DNA of 64,000 nucleotides from Eledone cirrhosa. Its lineage: Eukaryota. The position numbers and the translations under genes are program-made. Where the stretch lies: the NCBI GenBank assembly GCA_964016885.1, contig OZ024741.1, positions 65,596,001 to 65,660,000 of the forward strand, read 5' to 3'. The notes beneath the pieces were generated by a model. The model was not told the DNA's origin. It worked only from the letters and a program-made list of their open reading frames with translations, and did not search any database. Positions 45,652 to 63,096 of the stretch are shown here, in pieces (position 1 is the first letter of the stretch; each line of letters begins with the position of its first letter).

Positions 45652-45918
45652 TTGAAAGAGCTCAACTAAATGTATATGGGTTTATAAAATCATACATATA
45701 TATGTATATACATAAATATAAAATTAATATTATATATATATATATGCATATATATATATATATATGCATATATATATATATATATATGCATATATATATA
45801 TATATATATGCATATATATATATATATATGCATATATATATATATATGCATATATATATATATATATATGCATATATATATATATATATATATGCATATA
45901 TATATATATATGCGCATA

Positions 45919-45951
<33 letters not shown>

Positions 45952-45961
45952 GTATATATGC

Positions 45962-46016
<55 letters not shown>

Positions 46017-46029
46017 TATATATATATAT

Positions 46030-46098
<69 letters not shown>

Positions 46099-46346
46099 TA
46101 TATATATATATATATATGCATATATATATATATATATATGCATATATATATATATATATATATGCATATATATATATATATATATATGCATATATATATA
46201 TATATATATATGCATATATATATATATATATATATATGCATATATATATATATGCATATATATATATATATATATATGCATATATATATATATATATATA
46301 TGCATATATATATATATATATATGCGCATATATATATATATATATA

Positions 46347-46389
<43 letters not shown>

Positions 46390-46395
46390 ATATGC

Positions 46396-46486
<91 letters not shown>

Positions 46487-46495
46487 TATATAAGC

Positions 46496-46526
<31 letters not shown>

Positions 46527-46558
46527 TATATATATATATATGCATATATATATATATA

Positions 46559-46594
<36 letters not shown>

Positions 46595-46697
46595 TATATA
46601 TATAAGCATATATATATATATATATATATGCATATATATATATATGCATATATGCATATATATATATATATATGCATATATATATATATATATATGC

Positions 46698-46739
<42 letters not shown>

Positions 46740-46805
46740 GCATATATATATATATATGCGCATATATATGTATATATATATATGCATATATATATATATA
46801 TATGC

Positions 46806-46874
<69 letters not shown>

Positions 46875-46942
46875 TATATATATGTATATATATATATATA
46901 TGCAGATATATATATAGATATATATGCATATATATATATATA

Positions 46943-47116
<174 letters not shown>

Positions 47117-47232
47117 TATATATATATTTATATATATGCATATATATATATATATATATATATGCATATATATATATATATATATATACATGCATATATA
47201 TATATATATATGCATATATATATATATATATA

Positions 47233-47290
<58 letters not shown>

Positions 47291-47306
47291 TATATATATA
47301 TATATA

Positions 47307-47346
<40 letters not shown>

Positions 47347-47386
47347 TATATATATATATATGCGCATATATATATATATATATATA

Positions 47387-47436
<50 letters not shown>

Positions 47437-47562
47437 TATATATATATATATATGCGCATATATATATATATATATATGCATATATATATATATATATATG
47501 CATATATATATATATATATATATGCATATATATATATATATATATCTATCTATATATATATA

Positions 47563-47655
<93 letters not shown>

Positions 47656-47669
47656 TATATATATATATA

Positions 47670-47709
<40 letters not shown>

Positions 47710-47725
47710 TATATATATATATATA

Positions 47726-47779
<54 letters not shown>

Positions 47780-47885
47780 TATATATATATATATATATAT
47801 GCATATATATATATATATATGCATGTATATATATATATATGCATATATATATATATATATATGCATATATATATATATATATATA

Positions 47886-47929
<44 letters not shown>

Positions 47930-47975
47930 TATATATATATATATATATATCTGCATATATATATATATATATATA

Positions 47976-48013
<38 letters not shown>

Positions 48014-48081
48014 TATATATATATATATGCATATATATCTATATATATATCTGCATATATATATATATATACATATATATA

Positions 48082-48135
<54 letters not shown>

Positions 48136-48345
48136 TATATATATATATATGCATATATATATATATATATGCATATATATATATATATGCATATATATAT
48201 ATATATGCATATATATATATATATATATATATATGCATATATATATATATATATATATATGCATATATATATATATATATATATGCATATATATATATAT
48301 ATATGCATATATATATATATATATGCATATATATATATATATATA

Positions 48346-48387
<42 letters not shown>

Positions 48388-48515
48388 TATATATATATAT
48401 ATATATATGCATATATATATATATGCATATATATATGCATATATATATATATATATATATATGCATATATATATATATATATATATGCATATATATATGC
48501 ATATATATATATATA

Positions 48516-48581
<66 letters not shown>

Positions 48582-48669
48582 TATGCATATATATATATAT
48601 ATATATATATATGCATATATATATGCATATATATATATATATGCATATATATATATATATATATATATA

Positions 48670-48746
<77 letters not shown>

Positions 48747-48787
48747 GTATATATATATATATGCATATATATATATGTATATATATA

Positions 48788-48823
<36 letters not shown>

Positions 48824-48848
48824 TATATATATATATATATATATATGC

Positions 48849-48906
<58 letters not shown>

Positions 48907-49008
48907 GCATATATATATATATATATGCATATATATATATATGCATATATATATATATATATATATATGCATATATATATATATGCATATATATATATAT
49001 ATATATGC

Positions 49009-49040
<32 letters not shown>

Positions 49041-49057
49041 GCATATATATATATATA

Positions 49058-49113
<56 letters not shown>

Positions 49114-49167
49114 TATATATATATATATATATGCATATATATATATATATATATAGATATATATATA

Positions 49168-49207
<40 letters not shown>

Positions 49208-49464
49208 TATATATATATGCATATATATATGCATATATATATATACATGCATATATATATATATGCATAAATATATATATATATATATGCATATATATAT
49301 ATAGATATATATATATATATGCATATATATATGCATATATATATATATATATATGCATATATATATATATATATATATGCATATATATATATATATATAT
49401 GCATATATATATATATATATATATATGCATATATATATATATATATATGCATATATATATATAT

Positions 49465-49503
<39 letters not shown>

Positions 49504-49519
49504 TATATATATATATATA

Positions 49520-49555
<36 letters not shown>

Positions 49556-49567
49556 TATATATATATA

Positions 49568-49968
49568 TATATTAATAAGAGGAATTCCAACTTTGTCTGA
49601 TTTACTCGTTTTATTTACAATCCTTTAAAATATATATAATGGTATTATAATGAAATAGTATGATAGAATATTAAATTCTAAGTGTTAATTGAACAAGTAC
49701 TTTCATGCTTTCGCAATCTTCAGGTTCATGATATGTGGTGACAGTCGAGTTTGCAATTTTCAACTGTCACAGTTGAAAATTGCAAACTCGACTGTCACCA
49801 CATATCATGAACCTGAAGATTGCGAAAGCATGAAAGTACTTGTTCAATTAACACTTAGAATTTAATATTCTATCATACTATTTCATTATAATACCATTAT
49901 ATATATTTTAAAGGATTGTAAATAAAACGAGTAAATCAGACAAAGTTGGAATTCCTCTTATTAATATA
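49568..49968. repeat. 401-bp palindrome (200-bp arms, 1-nt centre at 49768); inverted PLE terminal repeats, family D
   Basis: Arms read as exact reverse complements; each carries hammerhead D. Confidence 0.92.
49808..49846 (+). ncRNA. Predicted minimal type I hammerhead ribozyme D (mirror copy at 49690-49728 on the minus strand)
   Basis: tgaac-CTGAAGA-ttgc gaaa gcat-GAAA-GTAC-TT-gttca. Confidence 0.82.
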
Positions 49969-50054
49969 ATCTTCTATACACAATCATACACACCCGTGTA
50001 TATTTACCTATCTATATCTATATATATATATATATATATGCATATATATATATA

Positions 50055-50266
<212 letters not shown>

Positions 50267-50288
50267 TATATATATATATATATATATA

Positions 50289-50356
<68 letters not shown>

Positions 50357-50368
50357 TGCATATATATA

Positions 50369-50520
<152 letters not shown>

Positions 50521-50544
50521 TATATATATGCATATATATATATA

Positions 50545-50586
<42 letters not shown>

Positions 50587-50880
50587 TATATATATATATA
50601 TATATATATCACGATAAGTTAACGGAGGCATAGGCCGTCCTTATTCCCTGTAAATAATGTGCTCAAAGGGGAAGAGATCCTGAGCCCTTTAAAATATAAT
50701 ATGTTGAGAAGGTAACACACCAGAGAGAGATATATAGTGCGTTATCAATAATACAGGGAAAAAACCACCAGTGTATGGTATCTATAACCTATGAAAGGCA
50801 GACTATAGACACGATAATTAAAAATATATATTAAAGCGTGAATAAATACCTTTATAACTATATAACACACGTACAAATCC

Positions 50881-50914
<34 letters not shown>

Positions 50915-51101
50915 GGATTTGTACGTGTGCATATATATATATGTATATATATATATATATGCATATATATATATGCATATATATATATATATATATGCAT
51001 ATATATATATATATATATATATGCATATATATATATATATATATGCATATATATATATATATATATATATATGCATATATATATATATAATATATATATG
51101 C

Positions 51102-51134
<33 letters not shown>

Positions 51135-51287
51135 TATATGCATATATATATATATATATATATGCATATATACATATATATATATGCATATATATATATA
51201 TATATATATATGCATATATATATATATATATATATGCATATATATATATATATATATATATGCATATATATATATATATATATATGC

Positions 51288-51340
<53 letters not shown>

Positions 51341-51554
51341 TATATATATATATATATATATATGCATATATACATATATATATATATATGCATATATACA
51401 TATATATATATGCATATATATATATATATATATATGCATATATATATATATATATATATATGCATATATATATATATATATATGCATATATATATATATA
51501 TATATATATATGCATATATATATATATATATATGCATATATATATATGTATATA

Positions 51555-51601
<47 letters not shown>

Positions 51602-51602
51602 G

Positions 51603-51734
<132 letters not shown>

Positions 51735-51886
51735 TATATATATATATGTATATATATGCATATATATATATATATATATATGCATATATATATATATGTA
51801 TATATATGCATATATATATATATGTATATATATGCATATATATATATATGTATATATATGCATATATATATATATATGTATATATA

Positions 51887-52153
<267 letters not shown>

Positions 52154-52210
52154 GTATATATGCATATATATATATATATATATGCATATATATATATATA
52201 TGCGCATATA

Positions 52211-52245
<35 letters not shown>

Positions 52246-52348
52246 GTATATATGCATATATATATATATATATATATATGCATATATATATATATATATA
52301 TATATATGCATATATATATATATATGCATATACATATATATATATATA

Positions 52349-52392
<44 letters not shown>

Positions 52393-52428
52393 TGCATATA
52401 TATATATATATATATAAATATGCATATA

Positions 52429-52471
<43 letters not shown>

Positions 52472-52508
52472 GCATATATATATATATATATACATGCATA
52501 TATATATA

Positions 52509-52542
<34 letters not shown>

Positions 52543-52600
52543 TATATATATATATATGCATATATATATATATATATATATGCATATATATATATATAAA

Positions 52601-52636
<36 letters not shown>

Positions 52637-52728
52637 TATGTATATATGCATATATATATATATGCATATATATATATATATATATATATATGCATATATA
52701 TATATATATATAAGCATATATATATATA

Positions 52729-52834
<106 letters not shown>

Positions 52835-52856
52835 TATATATATATATATATATATA

Positions 52857-52932
<76 letters not shown>

Positions 52933-53023
52933 ATATATATATATGCATATATATATATATATATATATGCATATATATATATATATATATATGCATATAT
53001 GCATTATTATATATATATATATA

Positions 53024-53251
<228 letters not shown>

Positions 53252-53293
53252 TATATATATATATATATATATATGCATATATATATATATATA

Positions 53294-53331
<38 letters not shown>

Positions 53332-53419
53332 TATATATATATATATATGCATATATATATATATATATGCATATATATATATATGCATATATATATATAT
53401 ATAGGCTTTCTCCAAGTCG

Positions 53420-53458
<39 letters not shown>

Positions 53459-53496
53459 TATATATATATATATATATGCATATATATATATATATA

Positions 53497-53536
<40 letters not shown>

Positions 53537-53592
53537 TATATATATGCATATATATATATATATGCATATATATATGCATATATATATATATA

Positions 53593-53648
<56 letters not shown>

Positions 53649-53776
53649 TATATATATGCATATATATATATATATGCATATATATATGCATATATATATA
53701 TATATATATATGCATATATATATATGCATATATATATATATATATATATATATGCATATATATATGTATATATATA

Positions 53777-53814
<38 letters not shown>

Positions 53815-53822
53815 TATATATA

Positions 53823-53902
<80 letters not shown>

Positions 53903-54002
53903 TATATATATATATATATATATATATGCATATATATATATATGCATATATATACATATATATATATATATGCATATATATATATACATATATATATATA
54001 TA

Positions 54003-55730
<1,728 letters not shown>

Positions 55731-55825
55731 TATATATGCATATATATATATATATATGCATATATATATATATATATATATGCATATATATATATATATA
55801 TATATATGCATATATATCCTCCTCC

Positions 55826-56148
55826 TCATCATCATCATCATCATCGTTTAACGTCCATCTTCCACGCTTGCATGGGTTTGGACGGGAGTTTTCCCACCTG
55901 AGGCAAGATTGGTTGTCCTGCACGTATAGGACTGTCTGGCAGGTTTTCTATGGCTGGATGCCCTTCCTAACACCAACCACGTTTACAGTGTGGACTGGGA
56001 GGTTTTTACCGTGTTACCTACACGTCTACATTACAGCGTGGACTGTGTGTTTTTTTTTTTTTGTCGTGACACCTACATGACCTCATTTGTTTCGGACTGG
56101 ATGTTGTGGTACCAACATAATTTCACATTTAAGGGGGTGGTGTGGATG
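55826..56148 (-). mobile_element. RTE 3' UTR-only copy, tail-to-tail with the 54121 element
   Basis: Matches 2592-2905. Confidence 0.88.
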
Positions 56149-56149
56149 G

Positions 56150-56180
<31 letters not shown>

Positions 56181-56929
56181 TATATATATATATATGCATA
56201 TATGCATATGTACATATATATGCATGCATGCATTTCCACATTTCTCTACCGATTTTGATGATTTTTTTCCCAATGTGCTCCAAATTTACCAGCGGTGGTC
56301 AACGCGTAATAAACTTTGCCAAAAATGTCCTTCTATGAAAAAAATCGATAAACCTAAATACTTGCTGTAACCCTCTCTCTTTAATGCTTAATCCCTCTCT
56401 CTACTACCCTCAAAAATCGATGAAAGTACATACATGTTGCAACTCTCTTTAAAAGGTTCATCCTTCCCTCTGCTTTAAATGGTTAATCACTCCCTCTACT
56501 ACCCTATCACTATTACAGTTTACAACAGCGATAAAACTTCGTTCAGGAACGCGAAATAAACTTTGAAAACTAAACAAACATAGTCATAACGACGCTCATA
56601 CATCAAATAATAAAACTTAAAAAGCCGATAAAACTAAATACATGCCCCTCTCTCACCATTACATTTTACACCATTACATTTTACATCAAATAACAAATAT
56701 TCAAAATCAACAGATGAATTTATAAAACAACAAACGTAGTCATAATGACGCTTAAGCATTTATTTACTTGAATCTCAACAAAGACATTATATTTTATTGT
56801 TGTCCTTTTTGTAATTTTTTTCTTTGTTTTTAGCAATATGAGACAAAAAAAAATGAGAAAACTTTTTTCAGGAATGTCCGATTTTGATGATTTTTTTCCA
56901 GTGTGCCCCAAATATGGAGAAGTAATACT

Positions 56930-58953
56930 CATATCACCCGATACTCTAAACAAGGCACTAGCATTTACGAAAGCCAACTCTGACTTAACCGACGACGAAA
57001 TAAACATTATCCTAGCAGCTAGAAAGACGATAATTAAATTTGAAAATAACTTTTGGGTACGTAAGGATAGAATAGGTAACTTTAACATAACTATGGGTGC
57101 TAATGACTCAGCACAAGTTACGGATATTGTTGGTATATACAGAGCCCACACCTTACATAATAAATTTAGTTACCTTCAAGACGGAATATATAGAGATGAC
57201 GCTCTCCTATTAGTTAAAAACATGAATAAACAAAACATAGAGCGAACCCGTAAGAGCATTAGAAGAACCCAAGATAGCCTTGGCCTTAAAATCACCTACG
57301 AATATAGTACCAAAGTAGTTAACTTCCTAGATGCCACCATCAACGTCAACACCCAAATTATCACACCCTTTCACAAAAGCAATGAGAACCTCACCTACAT
57401 CCACACTAGCTCTAACCACCCACTATCTATTATAAGGTCCGTGCCACATAGTATATCACTTAGAATATCCCGCCTCTCATCTATCCAACAAATATTTGAT
57501 CAACACGCTAAATATTACAACACTGCATTAGAACGGGCTGGCCACATCGACAAACTAGAATACATAGACCGACACAACCATAAAACACATAACCATAGAC
57601 ACGCTAAACGCCCCCACAAACACCCGCACACACGCACCTAGACCCCCTAATACTAACCACACCACAAATACAACAGCAACATCAAAGCAAAACAGAACAC
57701 GGAGTAGATCTTACATTTGGTATAATCCTATTTTTAACTCTTCTATTAGCTCTAACTTACCTTCCACATTCTACAAAATTATAAGAAAACACTTTCCAAA
57801 TTCACATAAATATAGTTGTATACTCAATACCAAAACAATTAGACTATCTTATTCCACTGCACCAAACCTAGACGCACACATTAAGATGCTCAACGCCAAA
57901 AAACTCCGTAACAACAATACCCCAATCACTCAACACAATAATACACCTAATACACAACCACCCACTAACAAACAGTATGCACAAAACACACTCACACACA
58001 CATCCCAGCCCACCTATAACTCCACCACTGCCCATAACAGAAATTGTAATTGCCACCTTCCAGAGACTTGTCCATTGAATAACGAATGTTTGCATTCAAA
58101 CCTAGTGTACAGGTGCTCGGTTGAGTCGGACAATCAAACCTGGCACTACATAGGCAGCACTGCAAACACCTTCAAAACTCGTTGGTATACGCATCGTTAC
58201 GCAATAAAGCACCCCCCAACACCGTTACGTAACGACCCTCGCCGACAAAATTTGGCACTTAAAAGGGAGTAACCGACAATACACCCTTAAATGGACCAAA
58301 TCCTCACATGCTCCTCCATACCGGAGTGGGATGAAAACGTGCCCGTTGTGTAATAATGAGCTCTTCCATATCCTAAGCTCAGGCCACCAACTACTCAACA
58401 ACAAAATTGAAAGATCAATCTTTTGCCAGCATAAACTAAAAGCGAAGTTCTCACACTTCAAACCTTCAACTAAATCTTAACACTACTTTTCTACCCTAAA
58501 TAACAATTCTACACTCCTAAAAATAGACTATATATGAAATTTAATACTTTCTTCCTTCATCTATTCTCTGGTAAAACTTTTGCCTGTCCACTACCAACTG
58601 TCACTTAAAATTCTATCTTCCTTATCTCTCCCTCTACTCATCACAACTTTTAGCACACAACCCTCCTCCCTTCTTGTAACTTAACTATATTCTATACAAA
58701 TCCTTTCACACCACCCTATCTCTTTCTCTTTCTCTCCCTACCTCCGTCCCTTTTCTCTCTCTCTCTCCCTCTCTTTCCCCCCCCCTCTCTCTGTTCCTCT
58801 ATCTTAAACTGCTACCCCTTATTTCATTTCCTAAGGTCTTTCAACTTTGTATTTTGAAAATTCGGATGTCACAGTATCTTGATGAAACAATTGTTAATAC
58901 GTGGATTAAACCCTTTTGTAACTGTTTACCTTCGTCCTATTTCTCTTTTTTGA
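56930..58953 (+). mobile_element. Second PLE of the same clade, 5'-truncated and decayed
   Basis: ISPDTLNKAL, TMGANDSAQVTDIVG, IYRDD, VNFLD, CNCHLPETCPL, VYRC...HYIGST..FKTRW..H; pyrimidine-rich UTR; degenerate hammerhead at about 58848-58900. Confidence 0.88.
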
Positions 58954-59428
58954 TATATGTATGTATGTATATATCAGCATCATCATCATCCATTTTCCAC
59001 ATTTGCATGGGTTTAATGGCTGTCATGTGCTGAGGCCAGACAGGTCCTGCTCATATTCTATTTTTGGCTCGATTTCTGCAGATGAATGCCCTTCCTAACA
59101 CCAAACATTTTACAGCATACAGTGGGAGCGTGATTTCTATGGTTGGATGCCCTTCCAAACACCAACCCCTTTATAGAGTGCACTGGGGGCATTTCATTGT
59201 GATTCTGTCATTACCACCTTACAGGGTGGACCGGGTGCTTTTGTTGTGGCACCAGCACTATTTCATTACAGCACTAGGATGCTCAGTGTACATAGCCGTG
59301 TTGTTTTGGTGTTGAGGCTTGGGTGCTGACATTGCATTGCTGGGGGAAAGGGGGTCTTGGTGATGCCCAACCTGAGAGTTGTTCCATCTCTCTATATATA
59401 TGGGTATATATATATATATCTTATAGTG

Positions 59429-59645
59429 GAGGCGCGTGGCTGAGTGGTTAGAGAACAGGGTTCACAATCGTGAGGTTGTGAGTTCGATTCCCGAACCGGG
59501 CGATGTGTTATGTCCTTGAGCAAGACACTTTATTTCACATTGCTCCTTCTACCTGGAGTTGCGACCGATAGATAGTATTAGCAATTGGAAAGACCAATGG
59601 AAACATTGTTTCCTTTGTCCGATTTGACGAAAGTCGATCGACTGT
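59429..59645 (+). mobile_element. tRNA-derived SINE family 2 (another copy at about 22390-22640, interrupted by an RTE tail)
   Basis: A box tggctgagtgg, B box gagttcgattcc, body tgtccttgagcaagacactt. Confidence 0.85.
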
Positions 59646-59656
59646 CGATGTATATC

Positions 59657-60400
59657 TTAAGGGACTGTCTGTTTTGTGGTCCCAGCTGACAGGATGGTGA
59701 AGACATTGCCTTGTAGGATAGCAAGAAAAGTGTGCTGGAACAGCCACTCTAACTCACGAGGCTTGCAGTTGCGGGAAGCCTGCTCCACTCTGATAGCAGT
59801 GAGAAGGGGTGTGGTTCTGGGGCTAAGAATACCAGAAGTCTCTACTGCGACAATCTCAGTCACAAACCTATCAGAGAGCAGTTGATATTTGGACAGTTTG
59901 CTCTCTTTAGCCTGAAAGGCAGCGAAGCCTGGGTTTGTAGCTAAACGCACCGGGTTGTCTCTAGAGTAGGTGTCACAACATGTAGCATCCCAGATGAGAG
60001 GCCTACCCCTGCAGAACAAGAATGTTATCAGGCTGTTTGGCCTTTTACCAACCCCTCGCTCAAGCTGGGAAGAGAAGCCTGCACTGTCAAGGCCATGATT
60101 TATAATCTTCATGAGAGCAGCATGGTGTGGGTTGTGGCCAGCCCTATAATAGCACGACAGTGGGTGGAGACCGAAAGAATCCACAGTGGATCTGCAACGT
60201 CATTTGTGAGATTAATAGATCTGGAGGCTAAGTGATGTGCAAGCAGTGGCTGTCCAGCTGAGTGCCAGTTTCAAGTGCTGGTACTGCATTGAGTCAGGCA
60301 CCACTGTGGGGTTGAGAGGATGAGCAATACCATACAAGACAGTGCTGGTCAAGCCGGTACACCAGCCTGTCTGAAGTCATGTTGCACTGGATGGTGTCCC
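59657..60400 (-). pseudogene. 3' fragment of a CRE-like RLE non-LTR retrotransposon
   Basis: GLHPLSC..H, GKRP(N/D), IWDATC.DT, K..KY, VAVETSG, LAILQGN. Confidence 0.7.
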
Positions 60401-60663
60401 GTTTGTTTTGAAAGGCCTGTGTTATTATTTGTCACTTATTTCTTCTTTTCTTAAACAATATATCTTCTATATTTCTATCTATAATGACATAAACACGTTC
60501 AGCTTGAAAATATTGTTAATTGTCAATATTGATTCTTTTTGGTTTACTCTCTCTCTCTCTCTCTCTCTTTATATATATATATATACAGGATGTCCCCAAA
60601 AATGTATACACACTTGAAAAGCATTCTAATGAATATGTGTATACATTTTTGGGAGACACCCTG

Positions 60664-60696
<33 letters not shown>

Positions 60697-60897
60697 TAGT
60701 TAGGTGTGTAACTACAGTGACAGGCAGTATGCCGTTCAAAGCATTCAATGCTGTTACGAAGTCCATTTCATTTAGGTTGTATTCCAGAATTACGGCTGAA
60801 GTGTGCATAATGTAAATAGATTTAAGAGTTGAAGTCAGGGTTACAGCGTATGTATAAACAAATAAAGTTTGCACATATGCTGCAACACTCACTTCAA

Positions 60898-60982
<85 letters not shown>

Positions 60983-60986
<4 letters not shown>

Positions 60987-60988
60987 TA

Positions 60989-61020
<32 letters not shown>

Positions 61021-61024
61021 GGTA

Positions 61025-61070
<46 letters not shown>

Positions 61071-61072
61071 TA

Positions 61073-61116
<44 letters not shown>

Positions 61117-61148
61117 TAAGTATGTGTATATATATATATATATAGGTA

Positions 61149-61180
<32 letters not shown>

Positions 61181-61210
61181 GGTAAGTATGTGTATATATA
61201 TAGGTGAGTA

Positions 61211-61220
<10 letters not shown>
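60983..61220 (+). repeat. Seven units of aggt(a/g)agtatgtg(tg) separated by variable (TA)n
   Basis: Directly visible. Confidence 0.9.
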
Positions 61221-61267
<47 letters not shown>

Positions 61268-61456
61268 TCAGGTTATCAATAATGTGGTGATAATATATCG
61301 TTACGTTAGAGATGAACAGCGTACGTGTAGGTTTGCTCAACGAGTATAAATTATATTCTGGAGAAAATGTAGAAAAGATGAATATAAAATGAAAGTGCTT
61401 TTCACCTAATAAATTCCTTTTTAAAAAAAGCACTTTCATTTTATATTCATCTTTTC

Positions 61457-61482
<26 letters not shown>

Positions 61483-61487
<5 letters not shown>

Positions 61488-63096
61488 CGACTTGGAGAAA
61501 GCCTTCGACAGAGTCCCCCGTTCCATTATCTGGTGGGCTCTTAGAAAACTAGGTGTTGACGAATGGCTTGTGAGAGCTATACAAGCCATGTATAAAGAAA
61601 CAGTCAGCAAGGTTAGAATTAACAACGAATATAGTGAAGAGTTTAGCGTAAAAGTTGGTGTCCATCAGGGCTCTGTTCTCAGCCCCCTCCTATTTATTAT
61701 TGCCCTTCAGGCTATAACAGAGGAGTTCAAGACCGGCTGCCCATGGGAACTCCTATACGCAGATGACCTAACACTCATAGCTGAATCAATGGCTGAACTA
61801 GAGAAGAAATTCCAAACATGGAAGCACGGCCTAGAATCAAAAGGCCTTAAAATTAACCTTGCTAAGACCAAAGTTCTAGTTTGTAGGAAAGAAAATAAGG
61901 CAGCGGTCCCTTCCGGGAAGTGGCCATGCTCAGTGTGTAGGAAAGGCGTAGGTAGAAACTCCATTTTGTGTCCGAAATGCAAAGTATGGGTGCATAAAAG
62001 ATGTAGTGGGATCACAGGAAAGCTAACTAAGAACATAGATTTCACATGTGGCCGGTGCTCTGGTGCAATAAGTAGCAGCAAGTGCCCACAAAATACTAGC
62101 TCTTTCAACTGCGCAGAGGGCTCTATAGAAATAGTGGACAGCTTCCGTTACCTGGGTGACAAAATCAGCAGTGGGGGAGGGTGCTCTGAAAGTACAGTAG
62201 CTAGAGTCAGAACTGGATGGAAAAAGTTCAGAGAGCTTATACCACTATTAGCCGCTAAAGGGTTCTCCCTAAAAATGAAAGGCAGGTTGTATGATGCCTG
62301 CATACGAACAGCAATGTTGCATGGTAGTGAGACCTGGGCATTGTGTGCAGAGGATATACGCAGACTAGAGAGGAACGAAGCTTGCATGCTCCGCTGGATG
62401 TGTAATAGTAATATACGTGAACGGCAAAGCATAAACGAACTAAGGAAAAAATTAGAAATAAGAGGGATCAGATCTTGTTTACTCGAGAGAAGGCTACGTT
62501 GGTATGGACACGTGATGCGCATGAAAGACGATAGCTGTATAACAAAGTGCAGGGCAATAAAGATAGACGGTAGCCACGGAATAGGCAGACCCAGAAAAAC
62601 CTGGGACGAGCTGATAAATTCTGACCTCACACACTTACACCTCTCCAAGACAATGTCACTGGACCGAGACCTTTGGCGGTACTCATTAATAGAGAAGACC
62701 CGCCTTACCTAAATACATAGTAAAACCTACTACAGTCAGTAGGCATCTCTAACAAAATACACCCCCGTCCCACCACCCCCACCCCACCCACACTGCCCCT
62801 TTCTATGTAAAGTTATGTTGGTGCCACACCATCCAGGCCGAAACAAATGAGATCGTGTAGGTGCCACGACAAAAAACACACAGTCCACGCTGTAATGTGG
62901 CCGTGTAGGCAATACGGTAAAAACCTCCCAGACCCACACTGTAAATGTGGTTGGTGTTAGGAAGGGCATCCAGCTGTAGAAAACCCGCCAGACAGTCCTA
63001 TGCGAGCAAGACAATCACTCTTGCCTCAAGTGGGAAAACCCCCGTCCAAACCCATGCAAGCGTGGAACACGGACGTTAAATGTTGATGATGATGAT
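61483..63096 (+). mobile_element. 5'-truncated RTE LINE with uninterrupted ORF (61483-62712)
   Basis: 406-aa open frame with YADD, C4HC3 finger and RLRWYGHVMRM; 3' UTR and (GAT)n tail. Confidence 0.94.

Larger units (their letters stand above)
39210..45720 (-). mobile_element. Penelope-like retroelement (RT + CxCx5C + C-terminal GIY-YIG), probably with a long low-complexity 3' region ending in terminal repeat A
   Basis: Coding region 43191-45651 is firm. Linkage to 39210-39559 is inferred from orientation only. Confidence 0.7.

Noticed and set aside
58848-58900. Active hammerhead at the end of the second PLE
   Set aside because: The core reads TTGAAAA instead of CTGANGA; kept only as a decayed remnant.
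59429-59500. tRNA-like sequence with A and B boxes
   Set aside because: It continues into a SINE body shared with other copies, with no clean cloverleaf; a SINE head rather than a tRNA gene.
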